A DNA stretch of 64,000 nucleotides, from the NCBI GenBank assembly GCA_019358915.1, contig JAHHIM010000006.1:1-64000 (forward strand), read 5' to 3'. The notes below the pieces were generated by a model that was given only the letters and a program-made list of their open reading frames with translations, was not told where the DNA came from and made no database searches. The position numbers were made by a program, and so were the translations under genes. Origin of the DNA: Trichormus sp. ATA11-4-KO1 (GTDB lineage Bacteria > Cyanobacteriota > Cyanobacteriia > Cyanobacteriales > Nostocaceae). Numbering within the stretch: the stretch's first letter is position 1; each line of letters begins with the position of its first letter. Of the stretch, positions 43,147 to 51,461 are shown piece after piece.

Positions 43147-43923
43147 TTACTCTAAATCTGGTTCCATACCAAACGATAACTTCGTTAAGCTACGCTGACG
43201 CAATTGTTCTATCAACCGTTCTTTCTGCCGTTTTTCTTGTTCAGCACGTAGCCTTTCCGCCTCTGTAGGAGTCAAAACCCAATTACCTGTACTGTCATAC
43301 CAACGTAACCAAGGCTGCTGAATATTTTGATAATTTCCTTGCCAAACTCCTAAACCTAATCCTATTTCTGGTATCCAAAAACGAGAATTTGATAAACTCA
43401 CTTCTGTATAACTACCGCCATCTAATTTAAACATTCTAAATTCATATTTATAGCGGTCAAAAATAGCGTAATAAGGAATCCTTAAAATCTGTTCACAGAC
43501 TTCCCATTTTGTTGGGGGTTTTGCCACATCTCGCAAAGTTTGTCCTAAGTCTTCTCTTTCAGTCCCCGGTGAAAGTAATTCCACGATAATAAACGGACTA
43601 ATTCCTTCTTGCCAAATTACATAACTTAAGCGTAAATCCCCATTTTTGTACAGAGGAGAAACATCCACAGCCACAAACCAATCTGGTCTTTTGTACCATG
43701 TAGGATGATTCGGGTCATAATACAAATTCATGTCACTAGCGGTAAATATTTTGTCGCTAGGATAACTTGGGGAGTGAAAAGTTTCGTCTAATAAGCGGGG
43801 TTGTAATAAATGAAACTGATCGGGCAAGCCAGGTTCCTCTGGATCTTCACTCTTGAGATCATACATGGTAGGTAACACTTCTTGGGGAGAACGGGGCGGA
43901 TCAGTTTGATACATGGAAAACAA
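43147..43923 (-). CDS. Uma2-family endonuclease
   Basis: LPTMYDL, RPDWF, SYVIWQEG and VELLSPGT motifs; C-terminal coiled tail. Confidence 0.88.
   Translation of the reverse strand: MFSMYQTDPPRSPQEVLPTMYDLKSEDPEEPGLPDQFHLLQPRLLDETFHSPSYPSDKIFTASDMNLYYDPNHPTWYKRPDWFVAVDVSPLYKNGDLRLSYVIWQEGISPFIIVELLSPGTEREDLGQTLRDVAKPPTKWEVCEQILRIPYYAIFDRYKYEFRMFKLDGGSYTEVSLSNSRFWIPEIGLGLGVWQGNYQNIQQPWLRWYDSTGNWVLTPTEAERLRAEQEKRQKERLIEQLRQRSLTKLSFGMEPDLE
43178..43198 (-). repeat. 21-nt insertion within a degenerate HIP1 site (SDR5-like)
   Basis: Minus strand reads TTGCG[TCAGCGTAGCTTAACGAAGTT]ATCGT; removing the bracket gives GCGATCGT. Confidence 0.65.
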
Positions 43924-44068
43924 TCCTGTAGAAGTCCTGACTCTATTATGAAACTTCTGCGTTCTCAGCGCCTCTGCGGTGAGATAATTCTTTCCTGACT
44001 TGTTGCGAATCTTTAATTAATTGATACACTTGTCATTCATTAGCCATTAGCCCAGTTAACCAGCGCCT

Positions 44069-47000
44069 ATGGTGCACGTCAAGCGCGTGGAACTTACTAA
44101 CTTCAAATCCTTCGGCGGTACTACTTCAGTCCCTCTACTGCCGGGGTTTACTGTCATTTCAGGGCCAAATGGTTCGGGTAAATCGAATATTTTAGATGCG
44201 TTGCTATTTTGCTTGGGACTTTCCAGTTCTAAGGGAATGCGGGCCGATCGCCTACCAGATTTGGTAAATAATACTCAAACGGCTAAGGGACGTGCTGCGA
44301 TTGAGGCTAGTGTGACGGTGACGTTTGATTTGTCGGATGAAGTCTCACGCAGAGACGCAGAGGCAAGCCACCTCTGTGCGGGGGTTCCCCCCGTTGAGGA
44401 GAGTGGCGCGCAGAGTGAGGAAGAAGAGACTCCCCACTCCCCAACTGAATGGAGTGTGACTAGAAGGTTGCGGGTGACTCACCAAGGGACTTATACGTCA
44501 AATTACTATATCAATGGTTCGCCTTGTACTTTGACGGAGTTGCACGAGGAACTCAGTAATCTGCGGATTTATCCCGAAGGTTATAACGTGGTGCTACAAG
44601 GAGATGTCACTAGTATTATCTCGATGAATGCTAGGGAAAGGCGAGAAATTATTGATGAGTTGGCAGGGGTGGCGGCGTTTGATCGCAAGATTAATCAAGC
44701 GAAAAAAACTTTAGATGAGGTAAAGGATAAGGAAGATAGCTGTCGGATTATTGAGACGGAATTAACTGCACAGCGCGAGCGCTTGTCTCAAGATCGGGCA
44801 AAAGCAGAAAAATATCAAAAACTCCGCACGGAATTTTTAGACAAGCAATCTTGGGAGGCGGTTTTATCTTGGCGATCGCTACAAGCACAGCAGGAAAAGT
44901 TGGTGGGGGAAATTCAAGCAGGCGATCGCTCTTTTGCTGAACTGACTACTCAACTGACAACCCTCAATACAGCAATTGCTGAGAAAACTGCTGAACTGGA
45001 GGAACTCAATGCTCATGTGAAAGCTTTGGGTGAAGAGGAACTGTTGGCGGTACAATCTACTCTGGCGACTCAAGAGGTGGAACGGAAGCAACTCCAGCGT
45101 CAACAAACGGAATTACAATCGGCTATCCAGGAAACTGTCAAGCGCTTGGCGCAAACTGATCAAGAAATTCAACAACACCAGCATTCTCTAAGCGAAATTG
45201 CCCAAACACAAGTTGTTGAACAGCAATCTATTATTTACTGTCAGCAGCAAAGAAATGAAGCCCAACAAGCTTTAGAGGCTTCGCGGTCAGCCGCAGCAGC
45301 CATCGCCTCGGCTTCGGAAGCTTGGGTACAGCAACAAACGGCATTCAACCGTCAAATCGAAACTTTACTACAAACTCTGGAACCGCAGCGTACAGAACAA
45401 GCACAACTTAGGGAACGCAATCACCAACTCCAACAACTTATCCAAGAACAAACTCAGCTAATTGCCACTTTAGAACCCCAATTAACAGAAAAACAAGCTG
45501 AATGTAGTCGCGTAGAAACGGAATTTAACGCTTCTAGTGAACCCATCCAAAATTTAGCGGAAAATCTCTCAGCGACAGAACAAGAACTGCAAATCCAACA
45601 AGAAACCCAAAAGCGTCTGTTGCACGAACAAAGGGAAAAACAGCGCCAGTTAGATAAATTAGAGGCGCAAGCCCAAGCCCAGCAAGAGGTACAGGGAACT
45701 CAAGCCAGTAAAGTTATTTTACAATCGGGACTGCCTGGACTTTGTGGTTTAGTTGTACAGTTAGGACGAGTGGAACCTCGTTACCAATTAGCTTTGGAAA
45801 TTGCTGCCGGCGGGCGCTTGGGGCATATTGTGGTAGAAGATGACAGTGTAGCCGCAGCCGGGATTGAATTACTCAAACAAAAACGGGCGGGGAGGGCAAC
45901 TTTTTTACCGTTAACTAAAATTCGTGCTAGCAAATTTACCCAAGATGCCACGTTACGTTATGCTAACGGGTTTGTTAATTATGCCGTGAATTTAATTGAG
46001 TGCGATCGCCGTTATAAAGATGTTTTTAATTATGTTTTTGGAAACACAGTTGTATTTACCAGTCTCCAACAGGCGCGGCAAAATTTAGGACTATACCGCA
46101 TTGTTACCCTAGATGGGGAATTGTTAGAAACCAGTGGGGCGATGACTGGCGGTAGCACTAGCCAGCGTTCTTCTTTACGGTTTGGTAAGAACGAAACAGC
46201 AGAATCTGAGGAAGTAGCCAGTTTGAAAACTCGCTTGCTAGACATTGAGCGAATTTTAGAACGTTGCACTGAAGCGATCGCCTCTTTATCAGCCAGAACG
46301 AAACAAAATACCCAAGCACTCACAGAAGCACGACAAGCGCGGCGCGAACAGCAATTGCAATTGGAACAGTTACAGAAAGATATTAAGGGTTTGACGGCGC
46401 AATTAGAAAACACGCGATCGCAACTTGCCCAAAACAGTGAAAAAATCACCACCGCCCAATCCCGTTTGTCAGTTTTGGATCGGGAATTACCAGGGCAAGA
46501 AAGTGAATTGCAACAATTGCGACAAGCTTTAGCAGAGTTGGAAGCATCCCAAACTCCCAGTGAATGGCAACAAATCCAAGCAACCATTAAAAAACAAGAG
46601 CAACAATTACAACAAAAAGAAAGTGAGTTACGAGATGCTGAACAAAGATTAAAAAATTTAGAAAATCAGCAACAGCGATTACAAGAGAAAATTCAAGAAG
46701 CTGAACAAAGAATTACCCAATATCAGCATGAGCAAGAAAGCCAACAAAATCAACTAAATTCTCTAGCAAATCAGCATTCAGGACTCAGCACTCAAATAGC
46801 CGAAATTAAGGCGAATTTGAGTCAAATGGAACAAAATTTAGGCGCAGAAAAACAAAAACGCGACGCTACAGAACAAGAAGTGCGATCGCAGCTTTTACGT
46901 CAACAACAATTGCAATGGGAAATCCAAAAACTCCAAGAAACCCAAGAGAAGCGGCGGGAAGATTTGGCAGGATTACAAAACCAATTGCGGGATACAGGCG

Positions 47001-47704
47001 CAGAATTGCCGAATCCTTTGCCAGAAGTGCCAAATCAAGTAGATTTAGCAGAATTACAGAAAGAATTACGCAGCCTTGCCAAACGTTTACAGGCGATGGA
47101 ACCTGTGAATATGTTGGCTTTGGAAGAATACGAACGCACCCAAAACCGTCTCCAAGAACTAACGCAAAAATTGCAAACATTAGAAGGAGAACGCACCGAA
47201 TTACTTTTAAGAATTGAAAACTTTACGACTTTACGACAACTTGCTTTTAAAGAAGCTTTTGATGCTGTTAATGAAAACTTTCAATCAATTTTTGCCACCC
47301 TTTCTGATGGTGATGGCTATCTGCAACTCGAAAATCCCGAAGATCCCTTTAGCAGTGGATTGAATTTAGTCGCACATCCCAAAGGTAAACCCGTACAGCG
47401 TCTAGCTTCCATGTCCGGGGGCGAAAAATCACTCACAGCCTTAAGTTTTATTTTTGCCCTACAACGCTACCGTCCCTCGCCATTTTATGCATTTGATGAA
47501 GTAGATATGTTTTTAGATGGGGCAAACGTAGAGCGATTAGCTAGAATGATTAAACAACAGGCACAACAAGCACAATTTATAGTTGTGAGTTTGCGTCGTC
47601 CGATGATAGAATCAGCCGAACGCACCATTGGCGTTACTCAAGCACGAGGAGCTTACACTCAAGTTTTGGGTATTAAATTACAATCATCCAATACATCTGC
47701 TTGA
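44069..47704 (+). CDS. smc: Chromosome segregation protein SMC
   Basis: GPNGSGKSN, hinge GRATFLPL, MSGGEK and FDEVD motifs. Confidence 0.97.
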   Translation: MVHVKRVELTNFKSFGGTTSVPLLPGFTVISGPNGSGKSNILDALLFCLGLSSSKGMRADRLPDLVNNTQTAKGRAAIEASVTVTFDLSDEVSRRDAEASHLCAGVPPVEESGAQSEEEETPHSPTEWSVTRRLRVTHQGTYTSNYYINGSPCTLTELHEELSNLRIYPEGYNVVLQGDVTSIISMNARERREIIDELAGVAAFDRKINQAKKTLDEVKDKEDSCRIIETELTAQRERLSQDRAKAEKYQKLRTEFLDKQSWEAVLSWRSLQAQQEKLVGEIQAGDRSFAELTTQLTTLNTAIAEKTAELEELNAHVKALGEEELLAVQSTLATQEVERKQLQRQQTELQSAIQETVKRLAQTDQEIQQHQHSLSEIAQTQVVEQQSIIYCQQQRNEAQQALEASRSAAAAIASASEAWVQQQTAFNRQIETLLQTLEPQRTEQAQLRERNHQLQQLIQEQTQLIATLEPQLTEKQAECSRVETEFNASSEPIQNLAENLSATEQELQIQQETQKRLLHEQREKQRQLDKLEAQAQAQQEVQGTQASKVILQSGLPGLCGLVVQLGRVEPRYQLALEIAAGGRLGHIVVEDDSVAAAGIELLKQKRAGRATFLPLTKIRASKFTQDATLRYANGFVNYAVNLIECDRRYKDVFNYVFGNTVVFTSLQQARQNLGLYRIVTLDGELLETSGAMTGGSTSQRSSLRFGKNETAESEEVASLKTRLLDIERILERCTEAIASLSARTKQNTQALTEARQARREQQLQLEQLQKDIKGLTAQLENTRSQLAQNSEKITTAQSRLSVLDRELPGQESELQQLRQALAELEASQTPSEWQQIQATIKKQEQQLQQKESELRDAEQRLKNLENQQQRLQEKIQEAEQRITQYQHEQESQQNQLNSLANQHSGLSTQIAEIKANLSQMEQNLGAEKQKRDATEQEVRSQLLRQQQLQWEIQKLQETQEKRREDLAGLQNQLRDTGAELPNPLPEVPNQVDLAELQKELRSLAKRLQAMEPVNMLALEEYERTQNRLQELTQKLQTLEGERTELLLRIENFTTLRQLAFKEAFDAVNENFQSIFATLSDGDGYLQLENPEDPFSSGLNLVAHPKGKPVQRLASMSGGEKSLTALSFIFALQRYRPSPFYAFDEVDMFLDGANVERLARMIKQQAQQAQFIVVSLRRPMIESAERTIGVTQARGAYTQVLGIKLQSSNTSA
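44366..44407. repeat. 42-nt hairpin dispersed element, copy 3 (in frame, sense, in the smc head domain)
   Basis: AGCCACCTCTGTGCGGGGGTTCCCCCCGTTGAGGAGAGTGGC, embedded in CGCAGAG repeats. Confidence 0.75.
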
Positions 47705-47762
47705 GTTTTTGTTAATAATAGTGTATAGATAAACCGGATTCGAGATCAGGACTCGGTATAGA

Positions 47763-48746
47763 ATGACCTCTGAACAGATAATTAGGCGTTCCGACATATT
47801 GAACACCCAGGTGATTACCCGCGACAACGGTAAGCGGCTAGGGATCGTGAATCAGGTCTGGGTTGATATTGATCAAAGAGAGGTTGTGGCTCTTGGTTTA
47901 CGAGACAGCCTGATCTCTATTTCTGGTCTGCCGCGCTATATGTACCTCAGCACCATCAACCAAATAGGTGATGTAATTCTGGTTGATAACGAAGATGTCA
48001 TTGAAGATATCGAAGTTGAAACCCTCAGTAACCTGATTAACTGGGAAGTAATTACAGAAACAGGTGAAGTATTAGGTAGAGTGCGCGGCTTTAAGTTCGA
48101 TGGCGAAACTGGTAAAATTCATTCCATAGTCATTGCTTCTTTGGGATTACCCCAAATTCCCGACCAGTTTCTCAGTACCTACGAGTTTTCCGTGGATGAA
48201 ATCGTCAGCACTGGCCCCAGCAGGTTGATTGTCTTTGAGGGAGCCGAAGAACGGGTGAACCAGTTAACTGTTGGTGTGCTGGAACGCTTAGGCATCGGTA
48301 AAGCACCGTGGGAAAGAGAAGCAGAAGAAGAATACGGCTACACTCCTCGCACAGTTGCACCAGCCAATCAACTACCAAGTGGAGTACCATTGCAGCCACC
48401 TAAGCCTAGAGTCCGCGCTCCTGAACCCGTAGTGGAGGAAGAATGGACTGAAGACTATGTGGAAGAAGAAATTCCACAGCGTCAGGTGATGAAGGCAAGG
48501 CAGTACGAATCCATTCAATACGAAGAAGACGAGGAAGAAGATAACTGGAGTGAAGCCACAGGTAGAGATAGGTATCAAGAACCAAGATATGAATCCCCGC
48601 CCTACAGCAAGCCTTATGCTGACGAGTATGATGATTACGACGACGTAGAAGGCGATGCTTGGGAGGATGCACCACCCCAACCAGTAAATATTCCTAAAAA
48701 AGTCAAGGAAAGACAGCCAGAATACGAAGAAGAAGGCGGATATTAG
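47763..48746 (+). CDS. PRC-barrel domain protein with acidic C-terminal tail
   Basis: Two PRC-barrel-like repeats (VITRDNGKRLG, VITETGEVLG); follows smc. Confidence 0.85.
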   Translation: MTSEQIIRRSDILNTQVITRDNGKRLGIVNQVWVDIDQREVVALGLRDSLISISGLPRYMYLSTINQIGDVILVDNEDVIEDIEVETLSNLINWEVITETGEVLGRVRGFKFDGETGKIHSIVIASLGLPQIPDQFLSTYEFSVDEIVSTGPSRLIVFEGAEERVNQLTVGVLERLGIGKAPWEREAEEEYGYTPRTVAPANQLPSGVPLQPPKPRVRAPEPVVEEEWTEDYVEEEIPQRQVMKARQYESIQYEEDEEEDNWSEATGRDRYQEPRYESPPYSKPYADEYDDYDDVEGDAWEDAPPQPVNIPKKVKERQPEYEEEGGY

Positions 48747-48749
48747 GAT

Positions 48750-48779
48750 AATTCGTAATTCGTAATTCGTAATTCGTAA
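48750..48779. repeat. Heptamer tandem repeat AATTCGT x4 (STRR)
   Basis: Read directly from the sequence. Confidence 0.9.
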
Positions 48780-48847
48780 ACCCTCTTCCTCTTATCCATG
48801 TGGAAGGGGGTTTGAAATTAAAGGCGTTTTAGTCTCACGCAAAAGCA

Positions 48848-48886
48848 AGCCAGTGCGTTCGGGTTACCCGACTTGTAGCAACTGGC
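48848..48886. repeat. 39-nt hairpin dispersed element, copy 4 (intergenic, more divergent)
   Basis: AGCCAGTGCGTTCGGGTTACCCGACTTGTAGCAACTGGC in a TCTCACGC...GCA[ ]GCGCA context like the smc copy. Confidence 0.65.
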
Positions 48887-48930
48887 GCGCAAAGGCGCAA
48901 AGAATTAAGATTTAAAGAAATGTAATTCAG

Positions 48931-49626
48931 GTGCATAACACAATTTCGATTATTATTCCCACGTTTAACGAAGCGAGAAATATTCAAGCTGCGATCGCTT
49001 GTACTCAACCCAGTAGCAATGTAGAAGTAATTGTAGTGGATGGTGGCTCACAAGATGACACTGTCAGCATAGCTGAGTCATTGGGTGTAAAAGTTATTTC
49101 ATCCTCTCCTGGTCGTGCTAGTCAAATGAATGCGGGTGCTATGGCTGCAAGTGGGGAAATTTTGTTGTTTCTCCATGCAGATACACAACTGCCGCCTGAG
49201 TATGATGTAATGATTCGTACAGCATTACCACAACCAGGGATTGTGGCTGGTGCCTTTGCCTTGCGGATTGATGCCTCTGTTTTAGCTTTGCGATGGATAG
49301 AATGGGGAGTAAATTGGCGATCGCATTTTTGCCAAATGCCTTATGGGGATCAAGCAATTTTCTTAAAAAAAGCGGTATTTCAACAAATTGGCAGGTTTCC
49401 TGAGTTGCCGATTCTGGAAGACTTTGAACTGATGCGTCGTTTAAAACGTACTGGTAGAATTGTCATACTTCCCATACCAGTTATTACTTCGGCTCGGAGA
49501 TGGTTGCAAAAGGGGGTTTTGCAAACTACCATACTTAACCAAATAGCTATTATTGCTTATTTCCTCGGTGTTTCACCTGAGCGTATTCGCAGCTGGTATC
49601 GCCGGGAAAAATTTAGAAAGCTTTAA
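48931..49626 (+). CDS. TIGR04283-family GT2 glycosyltransferase
   Basis: VDGGSQD, GRASQMNAGA, FLHADT, PYGDQAIF and TSARRW motifs. Confidence 0.88.
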   Translation: MHNTISIIIPTFNEARNIQAAIACTQPSSNVEVIVVDGGSQDDTVSIAESLGVKVISSSPGRASQMNAGAMAASGEILLFLHADTQLPPEYDVMIRTALPQPGIVAGAFALRIDASVLALRWIEWGVNWRSHFCQMPYGDQAIFLKKAVFQQIGRFPELPILEDFELMRRLKRTGRIVILPIPVITSARRWLQKGVLQTTILNQIAIIAYFLGVSPERIRSWYRREKFRKL

Positions 49627-49707
49627 GCTGGGTAAGCGCTATTCTAAATTAATTCAAATTTTTAATTTTTACTGGTATCGCCGGGAAAAATTTAGGAAGC
49701 TTTAAGC
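49593..49707 (+). repeat. 36-bp direct repeat x2 (49593-49628 and 49672-49707; one mismatch; 43-bp spacer)
   Basis: CTGGTATCGCCGGGAAAAATTTAG(A/G)AAGCTTTAAGC; the first copy is the 3' end of the glycosyltransferase gene. Confidence 0.9.
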
Positions 49708-49769
49708 GGCTTCTCATATAAGTGTCATATCTTGGTTGCAGATAGCGATTAAAAACTCAGGTAAGTTGC

Positions 49770-50510
49770 ATGGTGCAAAAACCCAAGCCTCGATTAAATG
49801 GCAAACTCAAATTATTACTATGTAGTTGTGTAATTGCTGTTTTAATCATTGCTGCTCAATACTTTCAAGTTCAAGAAGTTTTATATAATTCCATTATTTG
49901 GGTACGAAATCTGGGGATTTTAGGCCCAATTGCTTATATTATCATTTATAACTTGGCGACATTACTGTTTATACCAGGTTCTCTCTTAACACTAAAAGGT
50001 GGTTGCTTATTTGGCATTTTTTGGGGTTCTATTTATGTGTTAATTGCAGCAATTATCGGCGCGATTTTAGCTTTTGTTCTGGGGCGCTACCTTTCGCGTG
50101 ACTGGGTTTACCGCCAGATTAACAAACATCCTAAATTTAAAGCGATTAATTTAGCAGTTGCTAAAGAGGGATGGAAAATTGTCTTGCTAACGCGTTTATG
50201 TCCGATATTTCCGTTTAACTTATTAAATTATGCTTTTGGAGTCACACAGGTTTCTCTCAAAGATTACATTCTAGGTTCATTTGGCATTGTTCCCGGTACA
50301 GTTATGTACGTTTATATGGGTTCCCTAGCTGGTGATTTCGCTATGCTGGATCGCAATTATCAGCCAACTAATCCCGAAACTCAAATCTGGCAATGGGTGA
50401 TGCAAGTGATTGGGTTAATTGCTACAGTTGCTGTAACGATTTATGTCACAAGAATTGCTCAAAAAGCTCTGGCTGAGAGTATGGTAAATGATGAAAATAT
50501 AAATAACTAA
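49770..50510 (+). CDS. TVP38/TMEM64 (DedA/VTT superfamily) membrane protein
   Basis: PGSLLTL.GG.LFG and LLTRLCPIFPFNLLNYAFG motifs. Confidence 0.9.
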   Translation: MVQKPKPRLNGKLKLLLCSCVIAVLIIAAQYFQVQEVLYNSIIWVRNLGILGPIAYIIIYNLATLLFIPGSLLTLKGGCLFGIFWGSIYVLIAAIIGAILAFVLGRYLSRDWVYRQINKHPKFKAINLAVAKEGWKIVLLTRLCPIFPFNLLNYAFGVTQVSLKDYILGSFGIVPGTVMYVYMGSLAGDFAMLDRNYQPTNPETQIWQWVMQVIGLIATVAVTIYVTRIAQKALAESMVNDENINN

Positions 50511-50592
50511 AAATAATTAGTAAATAAATGAGGACTAAAGTTTTTACTACAAACTAAAAAATAATTTTAATCGGCGTATTTTTCTGTTATTT

Positions 50593-51369
50593 ATGAAATA
50601 TTTACAGGCTATGAAAAAACAACTTTTACTAAATTCAAAATTGTTGAAACAGAGTTTATTTACATTCGTGGGAATAGCGATCGCCCTCTGGCTCAACACA
50701 GATATGGCCTGGGCCCAAGAATCTGTGAATGCCAATTCTTTCAATCCCCAAGAAGTTTTCCGCAGTGCTTTGCAATGGATTGATAGCCTGGGAACAGTAG
50801 GAGCGATCGCTTTTATGGGACTTTACATTATTGCTACCGTCGCTTTCTTACCAGGCTCCATTTTGACTTTAGGTGCTGGAGTTGTCTTTGGTGTAGTTTG
50901 GGGTTCCCTTTACGTGTTCATTGGTGCCACCCTAGGTGCTACAGCCGCTTTTCTTGTGGGACGTTATTTAGCTAGGGGCTGGGTTGCACGTAAAATCGCC
51001 GATAACAAAAAATTTGCGGCTATTGACCAAGCTGTTGGCAGAGAAGGATTAAAAATTGTTTTGTTAACGAGACTGTCTCCTGTATTTCCTTTTAATTTAT
51101 TGAACTATGCTTTTGGCATTACAGGAGTTTCACTCAAAGATTATTTTATTGGCTCCGTGGGGATGATTCCAGGGACAATTATGTATGTTTATATCGGTTC
51201 CTTAGCTGGAAACTTAGCCATGATTGGGACTGATGCTCAACCTACCAATCCCACAGTGCAATGGATAATTCGGATTGTGGGTTTTCTAGCAACAGTCGCC
51301 GTGACAATTTATGTCACCCGCATTGCCCGGAAAGCTTTAGAAGAAGAGGTGGGGACAGGGGAGGGATAG
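50593..51369 (+). CDS. TVP38/TMEM64 (DedA/VTT superfamily) membrane protein, tandem paralog
   Basis: PGSILTLGAG and LLTRLSPVFPFNLLNYAFG motifs. Confidence 0.9.
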   Translation: MKYLQAMKKQLLLNSKLLKQSLFTFVGIAIALWLNTDMAWAQESVNANSFNPQEVFRSALQWIDSLGTVGAIAFMGLYIIATVAFLPGSILTLGAGVVFGVVWGSLYVFIGATLGATAAFLVGRYLARGWVARKIADNKKFAAIDQAVGREGLKIVLLTRLSPVFPFNLLNYAFGITGVSLKDYFIGSVGMIPGTIMYVYIGSLAGNLAMIGTDAQPTNPTVQWIIRIVGFLATVAVTIYVTRIARKALEEEVGTGEG

Positions 51370-51461
51370 GGAGACAAGGGGACAAGGAGAAAATAACGAA
51401 AATACTTTCTCATCTCCCCATCCCCCCATCCCCCACACTCCCAATTAAAGAGGAATCACTA

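Noticed and set aside
49593..49707. CRISPR mini-array (36-bp repeats, 43-bp spacer)
   Set aside because: Only two copies, the first is coding sequence of the upstream gene, there is no clear repeat palindrome, and no cas gene is in the window.
51261..51461. N-terminal extension of the oxidoreductase in the ORF track
   Set aside because: It overlaps the DedA gene and translates GGGGACA / CCCCAT repeat DNA; an ATG with an SD exists at 51462.
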